DNA of 64,000 bases, taken from Trichinella spiralis. Its lineage: Eukaryota. Each line of letters starts with the position of its first letter. Position 1 is the stretch's first letter. The position numbers were made by a program, and so were the translations under genes. The stretch spans positions 4,965,081-5,029,080 of the forward strand of contig NW_003526943.1 in the NCBI RefSeq assembly GCF_000181795.1, read 5' to 3'. Positions 1-13,329 of this stretch are shown here, in pieces. The notes beneath the pieces are model-generated. The model was given only the letters and a program-made list of their open reading frames with translations. It was not told the origin of the DNA and did no database searches.

Positions 1-856
1 GCCATCAAACAAATGTTGTTGTTGTTGTGGCCACAAGTGCATTTTTTCAATGCCAACAAACACGAAGCACCTGCGTTATCAAAGTTGACATGCTTGACAA
101 TGGTAGAAATATTTCCCTTTTTCAATACTTCAGTGGTTTTTGATGATTGATTTATCCAGAGTGAACAGCAGCGTTGGTTGCTTTAAAACGAATGGTCATT
201 TCGAGAAAGCAAACACAGAACGAGTTTAATATTTTATGACAATAATAATCAGCGCTATTTGACAACTGCAATGCAATATCTGCTTGGTATCATGTTTGAT
301 ATTGCTCCGATATTGACAGTGTTCATGTTTCAAAACATTATTATTCAATTATTTGTTTATTTCAATACTGAACGATGATTTGATTTGATTTGATTTGATT
401 TGATGACAAATTTCAGTTTTCTATTTAAAATGCAATTAAATTCATCGTGTATTTTTCACCGTGCGATAGATGAATAATTTAAATTCAAAGCAGAAATTAT
501 TAATGAACATCATTTTCAGAATCAAAACAAGGTAGTCAAAGGTAGTGAATTTTTCAGATGTAAATAAGTAATAAATTAATTATTCAAATGGCCAGATTAA
601 AGCGCGAGTTGATGGACGTGCCGTGCCAGTTTGCAAATGCGTAAATTTGAAAAACACGCGCAGGGTAATTTATTGGGAATTAATTGTCACGAGGAGACGA
701 ACCCAAACTGAATGATGTTGGTCCGCATGAAGTAGAAACCCCAATTTCAACAGAGTGGAATTTTATTCAACTGCAAAAGTTGAAAAACAAATCAACAGAG
801 AGATAGATAATTAGTAAAAAATGAACAAATATCAGCTAATATGTAAAGTAAACAGA

Positions 857-3346
857 TTATGCAAATGAGAATAGAAGTTGAGGTATAAGGACCAAGGAGA
901 ACCAGAGCAGCGGTGGGAAAATTGTGGATCGAGCAGAGTCGCCGGTCGACTGAAGAAGCTGGTCAAAGTGGTCGTTGCGCTGGTTCGACAACGAATGCTT
1001 GCAACGGTTCGTCGACGACTTGCAGGCGTTGTTGGCGTTGTTTATGGAGTCAATCGCCCGGTGCAGACGTTGATACTGGGAACACGGCACGGTGTTGTTG
1101 GCAAAGCAGAGGCGTTTGGCGTTTTCGACCGCTGGCACACCTTCGACGTGGTCGATCACATTGTCCACAATGTCCACTTGGCCAGTTCGAATGGCAGACA
1201 AAGTGGCAAAATTGAAACTGAGAAAATGGTTCTGATTCAAAATCAGCTGACCGATTCGAGCACCGTCGACGGTCAGTGGTCGCCAGTGGCCGAGTTGGGA
1301 ATTTTCGACGACCAGACGTGCGACGTCGGTCTGCGCCAGCCAGTGGGCTTCGATTCCTGCCGTTTCGACGACGGTCACATTTTCCAAGCGCATTTGAAGC
1401 AATGGATTTTTAGTCCCAAATCCAACCGGCGACTCCTTCGACATTTCCAACAAACAGTCGACAATGGTCAAACTGACCAATTTGTCCATCGCGCTGAACA
1501 CTTGGCCGTCGATGAGCAGAGTGCTGTTGTGCAAAATCACCGACTGAGCATGGCCAGCCAGATTGTCGACCAAACGCAGCGATTCGCAATTGCCCACACG
1601 AACCACGGACGTGTTGAACGTCAGAATCGGCGGACGGTCGCCAGCCGAAAAGGGCGTGGCCGTGCACGTGCATTCGGTCAACAATGGTTCGACCGATGAG
1701 CAACGCAGTGGTCCAACTTGCCAGTGGATCGAGTTTCCAGTGTCGGTGTGGTCGGCGCAGTGCCGCTTGCTGAAGTTGGCAAAACTGACCACCGGTCGAC
1801 GTGATGGTTGATCAGCAGCACAGCCGTTCGAGTGGACCGTCCAGTGGGACGATGTAGATGCGGTGGCTTCGAGACGGATCATCTCGTCGAGCCAACTCGT
1901 CGAACACTGGCAACGAAACTGATTGCCAGTCAATTGTAGCTGGCCGAAGGAGAAATTAGCAAAGTGGATTTGGTTGGAAAAGCGATTTTCGCTCACGTTG
2001 ATCCGGTCGGCGTGCAGGTCGGCCAGCCAAGCCGGGTCGGCGTCGGTGATGTTGTTGCGCTTGAAAGTGAACTCGCCGGCCAAAGTCCGACGGAACACAC
2101 CCGACGCGACAGTGCCCAGTCTCGAGTCGACCACTCGGAGCTGGTCGACTGTGGTCGATTCAATCGACGAGCTGTGCCAATTTTGCACTCGACTCGAGTC
2201 GACGATCAAGCTGCCAATCGAACAGTCGCGGAACGCAGACCTGTGCACCGTCTGGACCGTAGTGGACAACAGCATCAAGTAGTCGACCTGGTGGAGCGAG
2301 ACAAAACTACCTCCGGCGATGTGGTCGATCAACGTCCGGTCGAAGCGAATGCTGCCGACGCGCCGGGCTCCGTCGAACGCACCCTCGTCCACCGCGCCGA
2401 CGCTACTGCTGACCAACGCGACAGACCGCACGTCACGCAGACGCATCGCCGACGCGCCCAGACGGTCGAATCGACACTGGTCGAAGTGGAGTTCGGCGAC
2501 GTTCGAAAACGCGCCCATGCGCAAGGGGCCGGCGACGGCGACGTTGAAAAAGTGGACCCGGCCGCCGCCGTCTGTCGGATCGAACGTCGCGCCGTCGCCG
2601 GTCGTGCCGACACGACCAATTCGACAGTTGAACAGTTCGACCGAGTCGAACCGACCGGCGCCGACGACCAGCGCGTGAGCGTCGGCGGTTTCAATTTTCG
2701 CATCTTCGAGCACGAATTTGCCGAACGTCGACCGTTTCAACAGGGCGGGCCCGAGCCAGCCGACCGCCAGACGGCCGCGCATGAACACGTTGCTGACGTT
2801 GGTCAGCCAGCCCAAGGCGCCGGTCTCCAACGTACCGATATTTGCCTCGCGGAAATACAAATACTGCACATCGGACAAATGCCGGAACGCGCCGGTCTGG
2901 ATCCGACCGACACTGACGTTGCGGAACCAGACGTGCTTGGCTTGGCGAAAGCCGGCGAACGCGTTCTCGGCCACCAGTTCCAAACCGCTGTCGCGTACCG
3001 TCAACTGGTCGGGGCATTTGGTCATGTCGCGGAACGCGTACGACTGGACGGTCAGCGAGCTGACGTTGGTGATGCTGATCTCGTGGCCCACTGCCAGACC
3101 GGCGAACGTGTCGGCGCTGATCACCAACTTCCTGCAACTGTGGATGAATATTTTGCCGATGTATTCGATACCGCGGAACGAGTCGAGCGTGGTGTGATTC
3201 GAAGGCGCGTCGGCGCAAGTGCACACGATCACCGTATCCGCACAGACGCAATATGCTGGACAACGTGCCGACGTGACCACATCCGACGCCAAGCACGCTT
3301 GGAACCAAACGACAATCAACAGCGACAGTCGAAAACGACCAGTCAT
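857..3346 (-). CDS. Intronless leucine-rich-repeat cell-surface protein (signal peptide, LRRNT, LRRs, LRRCT-like Cys motif, probable GPI-anchor tail)
   Basis: Part of the 849-aa ORF 857-3406. Likely ATG at 3346 (MTGRFRLSLLIVVWFQACLAS, signal-peptide-like). CPAYCVC N-cap; repeated 'ISADTFAGL/VQSYAFRDM/VAENAFAGF/IQTGAFRHL' units; 'LTGNQFRCQCSTSWL' LRRCT-like motif; hydrophobic C-terminus (PPLLWFSLVLIPQLLFSFA) with no cytoplasmic tail. Confidence 0.85.
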   Translation of the reverse strand: MTGRFRLSLLIVVWFQACLASDVVTSARCPAYCVCADTVIVCTCADAPSNHTTLDSFRGIEYIGKIFIHSCRKLVISADTFAGLAVGHEISITNVSSLTVQSYAFRDMTKCPDQLTVRDSGLELVAENAFAGFRQAKHVWFRNVSVGRIQTGAFRHLSDVQYLYFREANIGTLETGALGWLTNVSNVFMRGRLAVGWLGPALLKRSTFGKFVLEDAKIETADAHALVVGAGRFDSVELFNCRIGRVGTTGDGATFDPTDGGGRVHFFNVAVAGPLRMGAFSNVAELHFDQCRFDRLGASAMRLRDVRSVALVSSSVGAVDEGAFDGARRVGSIRFDRTLIDHIAGGSFVSLHQVDYLMLLSTTVQTVHRSAFRDCSIGSLIVDSSRVQNWHSSSIESTTVDQLRVVDSRLGTVASGVFRRTLAGEFTFKRNNITDADPAWLADLHADRINVSENRFSNQIHFANFSFGQLQLTGNQFRCQCSTSWLDEMIRLEATASTSSHWTVHSNGCAADQPSRRPVVSFANFSKRHCADHTDTGNSIHWQVGPLRCSSVEPLLTECTCTATPFSAGDRPPILTFNTSVVRVGNCESLRLVDNLAGHAQSVILHNSTLLIDGQVFSAMDKLVSLTIVDCLLEMSKESPVGFGTKNPLLQMRLENVTVVETAGIEAHWLAQTDVARLVVENSQLGHWRPLTVDGARIGQLILNQNHFLSFNFATLSAIRTGQVDIVDNVIDHVEGVPAVENAKRLCFANNTVPCSQYQRLHRAIDSINNANNACKSSTNRCKHSLSNQRNDHFDQLLQSTGDSARSTIFPPLLWFSLVLIPQLLFSFA

Positions 3347-6300
3347 CGTCGACAAGTAAGCAATCATCAATAATGAGGCAAGAGACAGAAACAAACAGAA
3401 CAACAAAGAACCTTTCGCCGACCGCTCACCCAGCTAATGCTTCGGCGTCTGGATAAATAAAAACAGCTAACAATTCACAATGCAGGTATTGCCAGTTGGC
3501 AGCTGCCAGTCCGCAATGCCAATCAAATTCAACTGCCGCTGCCCGTTTTTGAACGGCTGACCTTGGCACCGGAACAACAAATGAATAAATGAGGAAATTG
3601 CCCACACACGGCTCGACTTTTCTTCCGGCCCCAACCAACTTCGCCACTCGATTCGAGTTCCAAGCTCACGCGACGTGCCGCCAGCTTAAAAATGAACTGC
3701 CAAAATAACTACAATCCGGGGAGGCACCGCGACAACACTCAGCGCCATCTGGCGGACCAATCATTGGCCTCGCCAAAAATTTGAAAAGCAATCAATCAAT
3801 AGGCGCCCCCAGCTCGCAGCTCGTTAATGTCCACTTTACGTCCTAATCGTATAAAGCTCCGCTGTACTGATTGCCACTTGATCGACTTGATCGCACGAGC
3901 AACAACGTTATTTTTTCCTTTTTTTCCACTCGCCAAATTATTCTCAGATTTAATCTCATCGACACGTGTGTGTGTGTTTTGATTTATTCAAATTTTTTTT
4001 CATTCATTCATAACTCGAACTTTTGTGATTTTATTATTCAGCTTATCAAGAAAACTTTTACGTTGCTAATCTTTCAAAATCTATTTAACTTCCTCTAAGA
4101 TGGCGTTTGTCATCAGAAATTAAAAATTTACCTCTTGCCAATTTGGAAAAACACATGCAAAATTTTTTCACATATTATTTGTTTATTTATTTATTTTGAT
4201 TCAACTTTATTAGAAATGTTAACAGTTTTAATGGAAATTAGTTAAATGGACTAAATTTTTCTTTCTTCCTTTCTTTCTTTGTTATTATTAGAAACTTCAA
4301 ATATTTATTTTATTCAAATATAATTGGACCATAAAATAATATGAAAAATTTTTCGAATAATAACAATCACTTGTAAAACTTAATGTTTGAATTGAAAAAA
4401 ATGCATAAGAAATTGTGCTATATTTACCTATCGATCATATTACAAACGTTCTTTATTGAATGAAATTGTAAATTTCCAAACTATTTTTCACTTTTACATG
4501 TGAAAATTATTTTATTTTCACTGATCCCCATTGACAGAAAAACTACATTCATTAGCATTGCATTGGATTTTAAAAATTTAATTTATTTCTTAATAAAATA
4601 AGCCAAATTTATATTTTGTAAATGTAATTTTAAACTTAATACAATTGTTGTTGTTTGTCAATAAAAAGTAGTTCGTCTACTAAAAGCAAATTATATACTG
4701 TTCCACTTGAACTTGAAATCAACGAAATCAATTTATTCCCAATTTCAAATTACCACTGCTACACTATGCAAAGTATGAACAATAAAGTACAATATGAAAA
4801 ATTTTCCATTCAATTTTGTTCATACTTGTTGCGATTTATTCATTCATAAGGGATTATTATTTATTTATTTATTGAATATTCTATAATAATTTTATAAGCA
4901 AGTAAAAAGAATTGCAAATGAAATTCAAATTGCAGTGACTGTTTTCTTTAATTAATATAATTGACATTGAGATGCAAATTTCACAACTTTTCATAATTAA
5001 AACCAATTTGGCTATTGTTGTAAGCTGTAAATGGCATTTGTTCGTTTCTTTGTTTAGCCAACTTTATTGGAATATGCTGATTCATTCATTCCACCTTATT
5101 ATATATAATAACAACAGATAATTTTTTAAAGAAAACTATTTCACAAAATTTTTCCAATTACAATTTATTGTTTTTGATTTTTTTCCAATCAATTTCATAT
5201 ATTCAAATTCGAATAAGTCAACATGTAATAAATTAGCAATTTGTCAATTTTGTCAGTGACATATGCAAAAGCTGTAAAATGTGATTTGATGTATCCTATT
5301 TTGAGAAAATTGATATATTAAAAAAAGGTTTTGCAATATTTTTCAATTTCAAAAACAGCAACATCACTTTTGAAAAGCGACAGACACTTATTTTGGCAAA
5401 TTTTAAAAGTATCATTGAAGTTGCAAAATTCAATATTATAACTGTTCCATATGTTGCAACTGTCCTGGTGATTCATCTCACGTGATCTCAGGCATTATTT
5501 CTTTGGTTGGAAGCAATTTTGTTGCTTTGTGTTTTATTCGAAACTAATATCCACAACACCAATAACAGTTTCAACATCGAAAAGCAACATGCTTTATTAG
5601 CACGCAAATTATCAACCGACTTCGTATGCAGTAGCATATGCAACAGCATGTGGTTTGTGCATTCGACCAAATCGACTGAGGCTGAAATTTGCTTCACACT
5701 TGACAACAGCACTGGTGATTTCACGGATGATTGCCTCTGAAATTTCCGCCTTTTGCACGATGTAAGCTGTGTTTTGTTCTCCTGATTTTCTCCAGCTCCT
5801 GAGGCTATCTTTCCTCGCTTCCGTCTATTTCTTACCATTGTTGGACGGTGTAAATATTTTTCACGCTGTGAACAACATACTATTATGACTTTTTGACATC
5901 TTCGGATGCTTCTGGGGATGTCCGTTTTCACAGAGCTCTAATTTCTGCCGAGCAGAAAGCCAGAAACGTTCTACACAGCCAACAATCTTGGAAATAATCC
6001 TACTACTTTCTAAAGTCCCACTATTTAATAATTTTTTAAACAATATTAATAAAAAAGCAAATGTTCTTACATATATTAAATTCCAGTTTTCTCTCAACAT
6101 TCGCGGCATGCGCGAATGTCAAATTCCAGCGAATACTTGCCACTTCTATTCATACAGACCCCCGATGCCTTATAATCCTACGCAACTGTTTGAAAGCTGC
6201 AAGGGATATCACGGACCGTGAAATGATTTTCATGTTAAATATTTATCCCACATTTATTTTTTATTCGTTTGATTGAGTGCATAACAGTCAAAATCATTGC

Positions 6301-6560
6301 CAGAAGCAGATGGACTGTTCAGCGCATCTTTTTGAAAAAACATTGTGACTATAGTATTTACTTCATGCATTACATGTCTGTTTATATTTTGCGTGATTTT
6401 TACGCTGCGTTGGACTGTGTTAGCATGAAAGCGGACATTCTGCACTTCCAGACACGTCCGGACCAAGCGCCTGGAATTGAGGGACCGGTGCCACCGTAAG
6501 CCAATTCACTCCTCCTTTCCCTCCACCCTAATTTTTTTATATTTCTCATCTTAGCATTAG

Positions 6561-6680
6561 TTTGACATTTTGAAAAAAGATATTGCACTTGTAACGCTTA
6601 AATTGGAAGTTGAATTCACCGACAACCTGCGACCAATTTGCTTCCCAGTTTTGTTAAGTCGTTATCACTACTGTTATTGA
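6561..6680 (+). pseudogene. Trypsin-like (S1A) serine protease exon or fragment
   Basis: After a ttag acceptor the sequence translates as FDILKKDIALVTLKLEVEFTDNLRPICFP, matching the S1A 'DIALLxL...V.F...I.PICLP' segment around the catalytic Asp. No convincing His or Ser exons were found nearby. Confidence 0.5.
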
Positions 6681-9252
6681 GCGGAAACTCATAAGCGGAA
6701 ACAACCTTGCACTGAACATGCAGATCCACAGCATACATACCCGCTAGGGTCTAAAATTAGGATTTATCTTTTGGCGGTTTTGAAATATGCGAATAATCAA
6801 ATTCGTGAATGTTCGGGGCCGACCGTATTACAATACATAAGTTGAAAGAGAATTTGAAAGCGCTGAAAAGTTTCAAATTATTTTAAAATTTTCAGGACAG
6901 AAATAATTCAGTATTAATGGATGAATGTATAATTATTTTTATTTAAATAAAAGTATATTAGAAAGTGTTTTTCTGGAAAAAGAAAAAATATTTGTTTAAA
7001 AGTATTAGAAATGTTCAAGTTTTATTTGCTTACTGTAAATTTTAAACGATCAAATTCGAAACGCGTATGTGGAAATTGCGCATGCTGCAATGAGGTTGAA
7101 TGGAATCTGTGCAATAATTATAGTCAGTTAATATTTAAATTGCCATATTAGGGATATTAATAAGCAATGTTCGAAATGTAATGAAAGAGCTGTGTATAAA
7201 TAAAATTACAATTGATGAAGATTCACTACGATGATGTCATCATGAATGATGCATATCGTATGGTGGGCGTGGAAAAATAATATTATTTATTGAATTAGAA
7301 AAGAAAAACAAACAAAACAATGTTGCGAAGAACTTTTTAGCATAGTAGTAATATAGTAGTAATTGTTACGAAATGAAGCGTGTTGTTGGTTAAAAATGCT
7401 CAACGTCAGCTTATTTATTTATTATGCTAATGACCAGAGAGGAGTGATATTTTTGCATGTTTGTTTTTTTAATGAATATTATTATGTTGATTTAGTTATT
7501 TTATGCAAAACAAAATATTTATGTTTAATAAAATGGCAAAAAATCCAAACAGTTATAGAGTTTGTCTGTGATATTAATCATCAACAAAATATGCTTTGAC
7601 TAAGGATGGTTCATGTTGGTGTTAGCTTTTGAAATTGGAGAAAATGTCAGTCAAAAAGTTGTATATACTTCGTCACTTTTTGATTGTCAAAAAATTCTGT
7701 GATTTTCTTTTTCAATTGTCAAATGCGAAATATAAATTTTCGCAAAATTTCCAAAGTTGATTTGATGACAAAGAAAAAAGCACGCTTGAAATAATTTGAA
7801 TTATTGAAATTCATTAATCATCAATGAGGAAAAAAAAGAAGAAAACAAAATTCTCAAATGTACAGTAAACCAGACATTGTTTGTTCCATTCCAGACTGCA
7901 TGGTGTGTTTGGACAAGTTTCAGTCATAACAAAAAACAATAATAATTATAATAAGAAGAAGAAAGTATCAAAAAAGTAAAAACAAAAAAAGTGTAAAATG
8001 ACGAAAAAACCGGTTTTGCTCGTGTATAATTTTCTCGTAAAGTTGTTGTCGGCGGAGGTAAAATCAATCTACTCAGTGACGGTCTGTCTGGGTGCCGTGG
8101 GCTAAACGCTAAAATATGCAAAAATTTTTCCAACGCCGTCGGCCGATAACCAGCCCTCCAATGGCCTCACGTTATTACTCGGCGTGCCATTGCTCAGTTT
8201 GGATTGGGCAACCGGCGCTGTGCGCTGCTAGGCCAGAGTTGATTATTCATATCACTGCGCGCTATTCGATTCTTCTTCTACTGTTCGGCCATTTTCACTT
8301 CTTTCTCTTTTCACTTCCTTGTCGTTCGTCGCTTTTTCTACTGTAATAAGCTGCGCCTATTCTGCTAGTTCTTGCTTGGATTTCTCGCCTCGCAGCTAAT
8401 TTTCCAACTCTACACACAATTTTCGTTTTCGAAAAACGACAAAAAAAAACAATTATCTTCAACTTACAGTAAGCTTCCGTTTCATCATTTTATTTCGTCC
8501 GATCAACTAGACAATAAACAACACTTCGAATTTTACCTTTTCATTCACTTTTGCTCTGTTGCTCTTCATTTCAACTTCTTTTTTTATCACTTTTTCTTCT
8601 CGAATCTATTCAAATTTTTCTCTCCAATCCGAAAGAAATCTTCTTCTCGTCGCATGCAAATTTATTACATCTCGACGATCATCTTCTATTTCTTGTTTGT
8701 TGTCGTTTTTATGAATATGTAAAATTTGAAAAATTTATCTCAATTTATTATACTAAATTTTATTATTGAAACACATTTCACTTTTTTACCAGTCGTTCTT
8801 TTTTTAAAATAGTTTTTACAATTTTTTCCACTACAGTTGATCAATTATTGTTGTACAACAGCAACAACATGCTCAATGACGATGATGGTGTTGCAATTGT
8901 TTTGATGCTTTTTATGAAAAAGATCAACAATTCATGTAAAATTTTATCTTTTTTGTCGAAATCATGTTCGCTTATGCAGTTCAAATTCAACCTACTATTT
9001 ACTACTACCGTTAGCCTTTTTGATTTTCATTTTAATAGTTGTTCATCACGGTCACATACAATCACATTCAGTGAATTTTCTTTTTTAGAATCTTATCACG
9101 AAGCACAACTGTTTTACCTGCATTTTAAAGGTAATTTTTATTCACTTTTATTAAAATATTGTTCATTTCATTTATTAAAATTAACAAACAATCAATTCAC
9201 TTTTCTTCTTACTAACTGATTGGTAAAGTTGGTTTGTTTGATTTGCAGAAAA

Positions 9253-11939
9253 ATGAGCAACTTTGCGCCGAATTCGCCTGATTCTGGACGAGATACATCC
9301 AGCCATTCGCCGGCAGTGACAACCGTCTCCACTCCTAGAGTTGGCACTCTTATTCCTAATCGCATTTTTGTCGGTGGTTTTCCTCCTGCCGTATGTTTGC
9401 AATTTATAATTTTTCCTATTCACTCAACAATAATATTCACTTCAGACTGTGGAACACGATTTGCGAGCATTTTTTGATAAATGCGGTACTGTAAAAGATG
9501 TGAAAATTATTCGAGACCAAACTGGAATTTCAAAGGGGTTCGTTATCGAAACATCTACGCTTTAAATATTCATTTCATTCTCTTTTACTTTTTCTTTTTT
9601 CATATTTAGATATGGGTTTGTTACTTTCGAAACTGATGAAGAAGCGAAATCATTGATTGAGGTTTCAAAAAAAAATATATATATTAAGCAACTTATTGTT
9701 TTTTTATTTTCATTTTTTGGCTTTTATAGAAAGCTGAACCATTTGAATTCAAAGGTCGGCATTTGAACATCGGTGCTGCTGTGCGTAAATCTTCAAACCA
9801 GTTTAAAACTTATGGTAATTTTGTTTTATTTAAAAAAATAATAAGCAGTCATTGCACAATTTCAATTATGCAATTAATTTGATTTAGATATTGTTCCACA
9901 AGGCGCGGTGTTGTGCAGCTACGGCATGCCATATGCATTGCAGAATGGCATAACTTTGCTCGCTAGCCCCGATGCTTATGCTGTGGCTCAACCTATTCAA
10001 GTAACTACATGCAACTGTTTTCTTTTTCTTTATCATACCTTGAATTTATTACTTTTTTGAAATGTAGCATTCTGTTCAGTATCCGTTTGTTTTTCCGCAC
10101 GGCTTGCAGCCGATGCTTTACCCGTCGGTGCCGATCGGAACAGCTAATAACCAGACTTCGAATGCTACACAAATTACCATTGCTAGCCCTCACGCGGCAA
10201 ATCAACAACAGGTAGTAGCTAAGTTGAATTTAAATTTTTTGAAATTGCCCATTTAGCAATTTACACAGAATAATCTATACCATAAACAAGTTTCTATACA
10301 ACTGAAATGAAAATATTAAAATTAATTCACTTTACTTTTGTTTCAATGGAAACGTTTTAAAATTAAAAATTAATCAAGCTGTTGTAGTTTATTTTAAAAC
10401 TGTATCGATCTGATTAAGTTTTATGTAGAATTGGAATGAAAATAATAATTATTTTTAATTATTTGAGCATAACACTTGAGAACATCAAATATCCATGTTG
10501 TATGAAAATTGTGCAATATAATGAAAATATTTGATAGACACAGCATTGCGTTGCGCAGCAAGTTCAGCAGAGTAATTCTAATCAAGGCTCTCCATCAAAA
10601 GTAATTTTTAGGAAAAAAAATTTGTTTACTGTATTTTTTAAGTTATTATTTTTTTGCAGAAAACTCCTGCGCCTCTGCAGTTGCAGCCAAATATGGTTTC
10701 GCTGAACAACGTAGTTAACACACTTCCGGCAAATCTTGGCAATTTAACTTTAGGAACACAGATCAATCCCCAAGCGCAGTATCGTTTTGCTGCTCCGGTA
10801 GAATTTGAATGTGCAAAAAGCAAATGCCAATTAAATTTAAAGTTAAACTGTTTTTCAGGCCGTAGCTCCGCCACTGACGCATTACATTTATCCCAATTCA
10901 GTTGCTTACCAGAACGTTGTACAAGAGATTCCGTCTTATCCAGCAACGATTCCTGCTAATGCTTACGTTCATCAAGAATTTACTGAAGTTTACCCAAACA
11001 ATAATAACAACTACGAATCTTACAATGAAGCAAGTGATGTTCTCTTGTAGAAAATTATTATTCTCATTTTTTGCTACTACTACTACTACTACTGATTTCA
11101 TTGCATGCGCGTTAACAATTTATGCTAATAATTTTGCATGATTTGGACCTGTCAAAATTGCTTTCGTCTAGATTATGCAAAAACAAATTGCTCCTACTGT
11201 AATTGGAGTGTTGATTCCTCTGGAACAGCAATGCGACCAATGTACAGTCAACACAACAGAAAATAATTGCTGCACTGTAAACCGCAGTGCAGACTGTATT
11301 CCAGAAAATAGCTGTTGTGAAGATTGGCAAGATAATGCAGTCGATTTTGCGGAACTGCGTTCGCTGATTCCGCGAAACTGTTTGTCATTGCCGTGTTCAC
11401 CTGCTATTAAAAATTCCTTAGAAGGAATCATTTCAAATTTGCATGGCAAAACAATAGAAGGAGTAAGCATACTAAAACTATTTGTTACTTGTATTTTACT
11501 AATCTTTTTTTTCTCATACACAACGGGTATATATACCCGTATTGTTTTGGTTGTGGTTCTTTTCTTTTTTGTGGGTTTTATGTTGTTTGAAGCTATGCTT
11601 ATTTTTGCCGTATAGGGCCGAAATGCTCGTTACGGCAGTCCGCGAAAACAGACTACCTATACTAATCACGGCAATGTAATTAGCTCAGGAAGTCCACGAT
11701 TCAGCAACACAACTCCACCGAAAAGTGGATACCGATACACTGGTGAGATTTGCTTTTCATTTTTAATTTTAATAAAATTACAAAAATCGCTTTTTTAAGG
11801 AAAATCTGGTGGGAATGGCTACCACAAAATGGTCACTTGCGCAGGTTGCGAATATGACCCGAACAAAGCAGATGTGAAACAGCCGCCTGGAAGTGTTGTC
11901 ACACCTCCACCCACTCCTATTGCCCCGGAATACAAATAA
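9253..11939 (+). CDS. boule: Boule/DAZ-family RRM RNA-binding protein (multi-exon)
   Basis: Spliced translation: MSNFAPNSP...GTLIPNRIFVGGFPPA | TVEHDLRAFFDKCGTVKDVKIIRDQTGISKG | YGFVTFETDEEAKSLIE | KAEPFEFKGRHLNIGAAVRK. PNRIFVGG and KGYGFVTF are the Boule RNP2 and RNP1 signatures. Introns are GT-AG (e.g. 9391-9445). Last exon ends TPPPTPIAPEYK* at 11939. Middle exon boundaries are approximate. Confidence 0.9.
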
Positions 11940-12181
11940 TTTGGTTTCATGTTTATAGTAGAGTGAAATTTGTCGGTGTTTCCTATCATCATTTATTCAT
12001 GCAATCATTTATAATATGAAATATTATTTGTAGCACTTTCCACTTTTTTTTCTGTATATGTTGTGAGTGTCAGTGTCAGTCTCTGTTTGTGTGGATGTGA
12101 GTGGCTTGCTTGTTTACGTTATTATCTGCACGAACGTCGTTTGCCCCACTTTAGTCGGTTTTAACTTGTTTGTAAAGCATT

Positions 12182-12217
<36 letters not shown>

Positions 12218-13329
12218 TCACAATGGATGGTAATTATTTCATACTACATATGGTCAGTTCTGAGGTTCGAAGATACTAATGAAAAAAAAAGAACTTGTGA
12301 AAAAACATTAACTTGATTTGCATTTTTATTATTAATGCTGTGTGGTATTAATGTGAGTAACAGTCGTTCGTGGTTAGCCGGTACAATTTCAAAGTTCAAA
12401 AGTGTTTTTCTCAGTATCATGAAAATTGCTGAATGCAAAATCTTTTGACTTTTTTATGAAGCATGTTACGTTTGGTTTGTTGACGATGAACAACAGTCAC
12501 TGATCAAACTGCAGTTGTTGAAAACGCGACGTTAATTGGCGGAAAGTTGCTCTTCTCAATGCGCTTTCTGTACAATTTCGTTTTACAGTTTATGGTTCTT
12601 CAAGTCTGAATGTAGTTTCAAGTTCAACATTTTTCGCTTAATGTGTAAAGATTCTTCATTCCTTCGTTGGACATATCTCGTGGGTTTTCAAGGTGTAGGG
12701 TTGTGCAACGTATACACCTCATTATCATTATCACTATTATTATTATTATTATTATCATCATCATTCATATTATTACCATCGTCATCATTATTATATTATC
12801 ATTGACGGACTAATGTGTCGAATAAAAAATTGTTCTAACCATTTATTTGTCAAGTTTTGTTATCAGTTAAATGAATGCGAACGAATTTCCTTTTGAATAA
12901 GACTTATCAAGTTAATAAATGAAACGAAAGCAAAAAATTAAGATGTATTGCATTGTATGTACATGTAAAAGTATCAAAACACCATTGCACTGCAAGGGTT
13001 TTTTATTGTAAAAAAATAGTCGTATTGGGCTGCCTCTCTAAGAGATTGCGGTTCAGTTTATCACAGTCAGTTAAATGAATGATGATGATAACAATAATCA
13101 TTATCTTCTCCTTCACATAATTTAACTAAATTCAATGCAACTTCAATTAATTAATGCGTCAATAAATTTACTTTTACCACAGTGATTCATAACAAACATT
13201 ACAAGCGCATAATTAATGAAAAATTATTTACCGAAAAAATAACTCACGAATAAACATTTCAAACATGCGTGTGAGATTGTGCGTAATATAATTACAATAA
13301 AATAATATATATAGTTATAATATTATATA

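Noticed and set aside
878..3373. Long plus-strand ORFs (273 aa, 469 aa and others) overlapping the LRR gene
   Set aside because: Antisense shadows of a GC-rich coding sequence with no recognisable domains.
5488..5931. 147-aa minus-strand ORF
   Set aside because: No recognisable motif or splice context, so it cannot be supported as a gene.
7363..9219. Many 60-120 aa Phe/Leu/Ile-rich ORFs
   Set aside because: Typical spurious translations of AT-rich intergenic, UTR or intron sequence.
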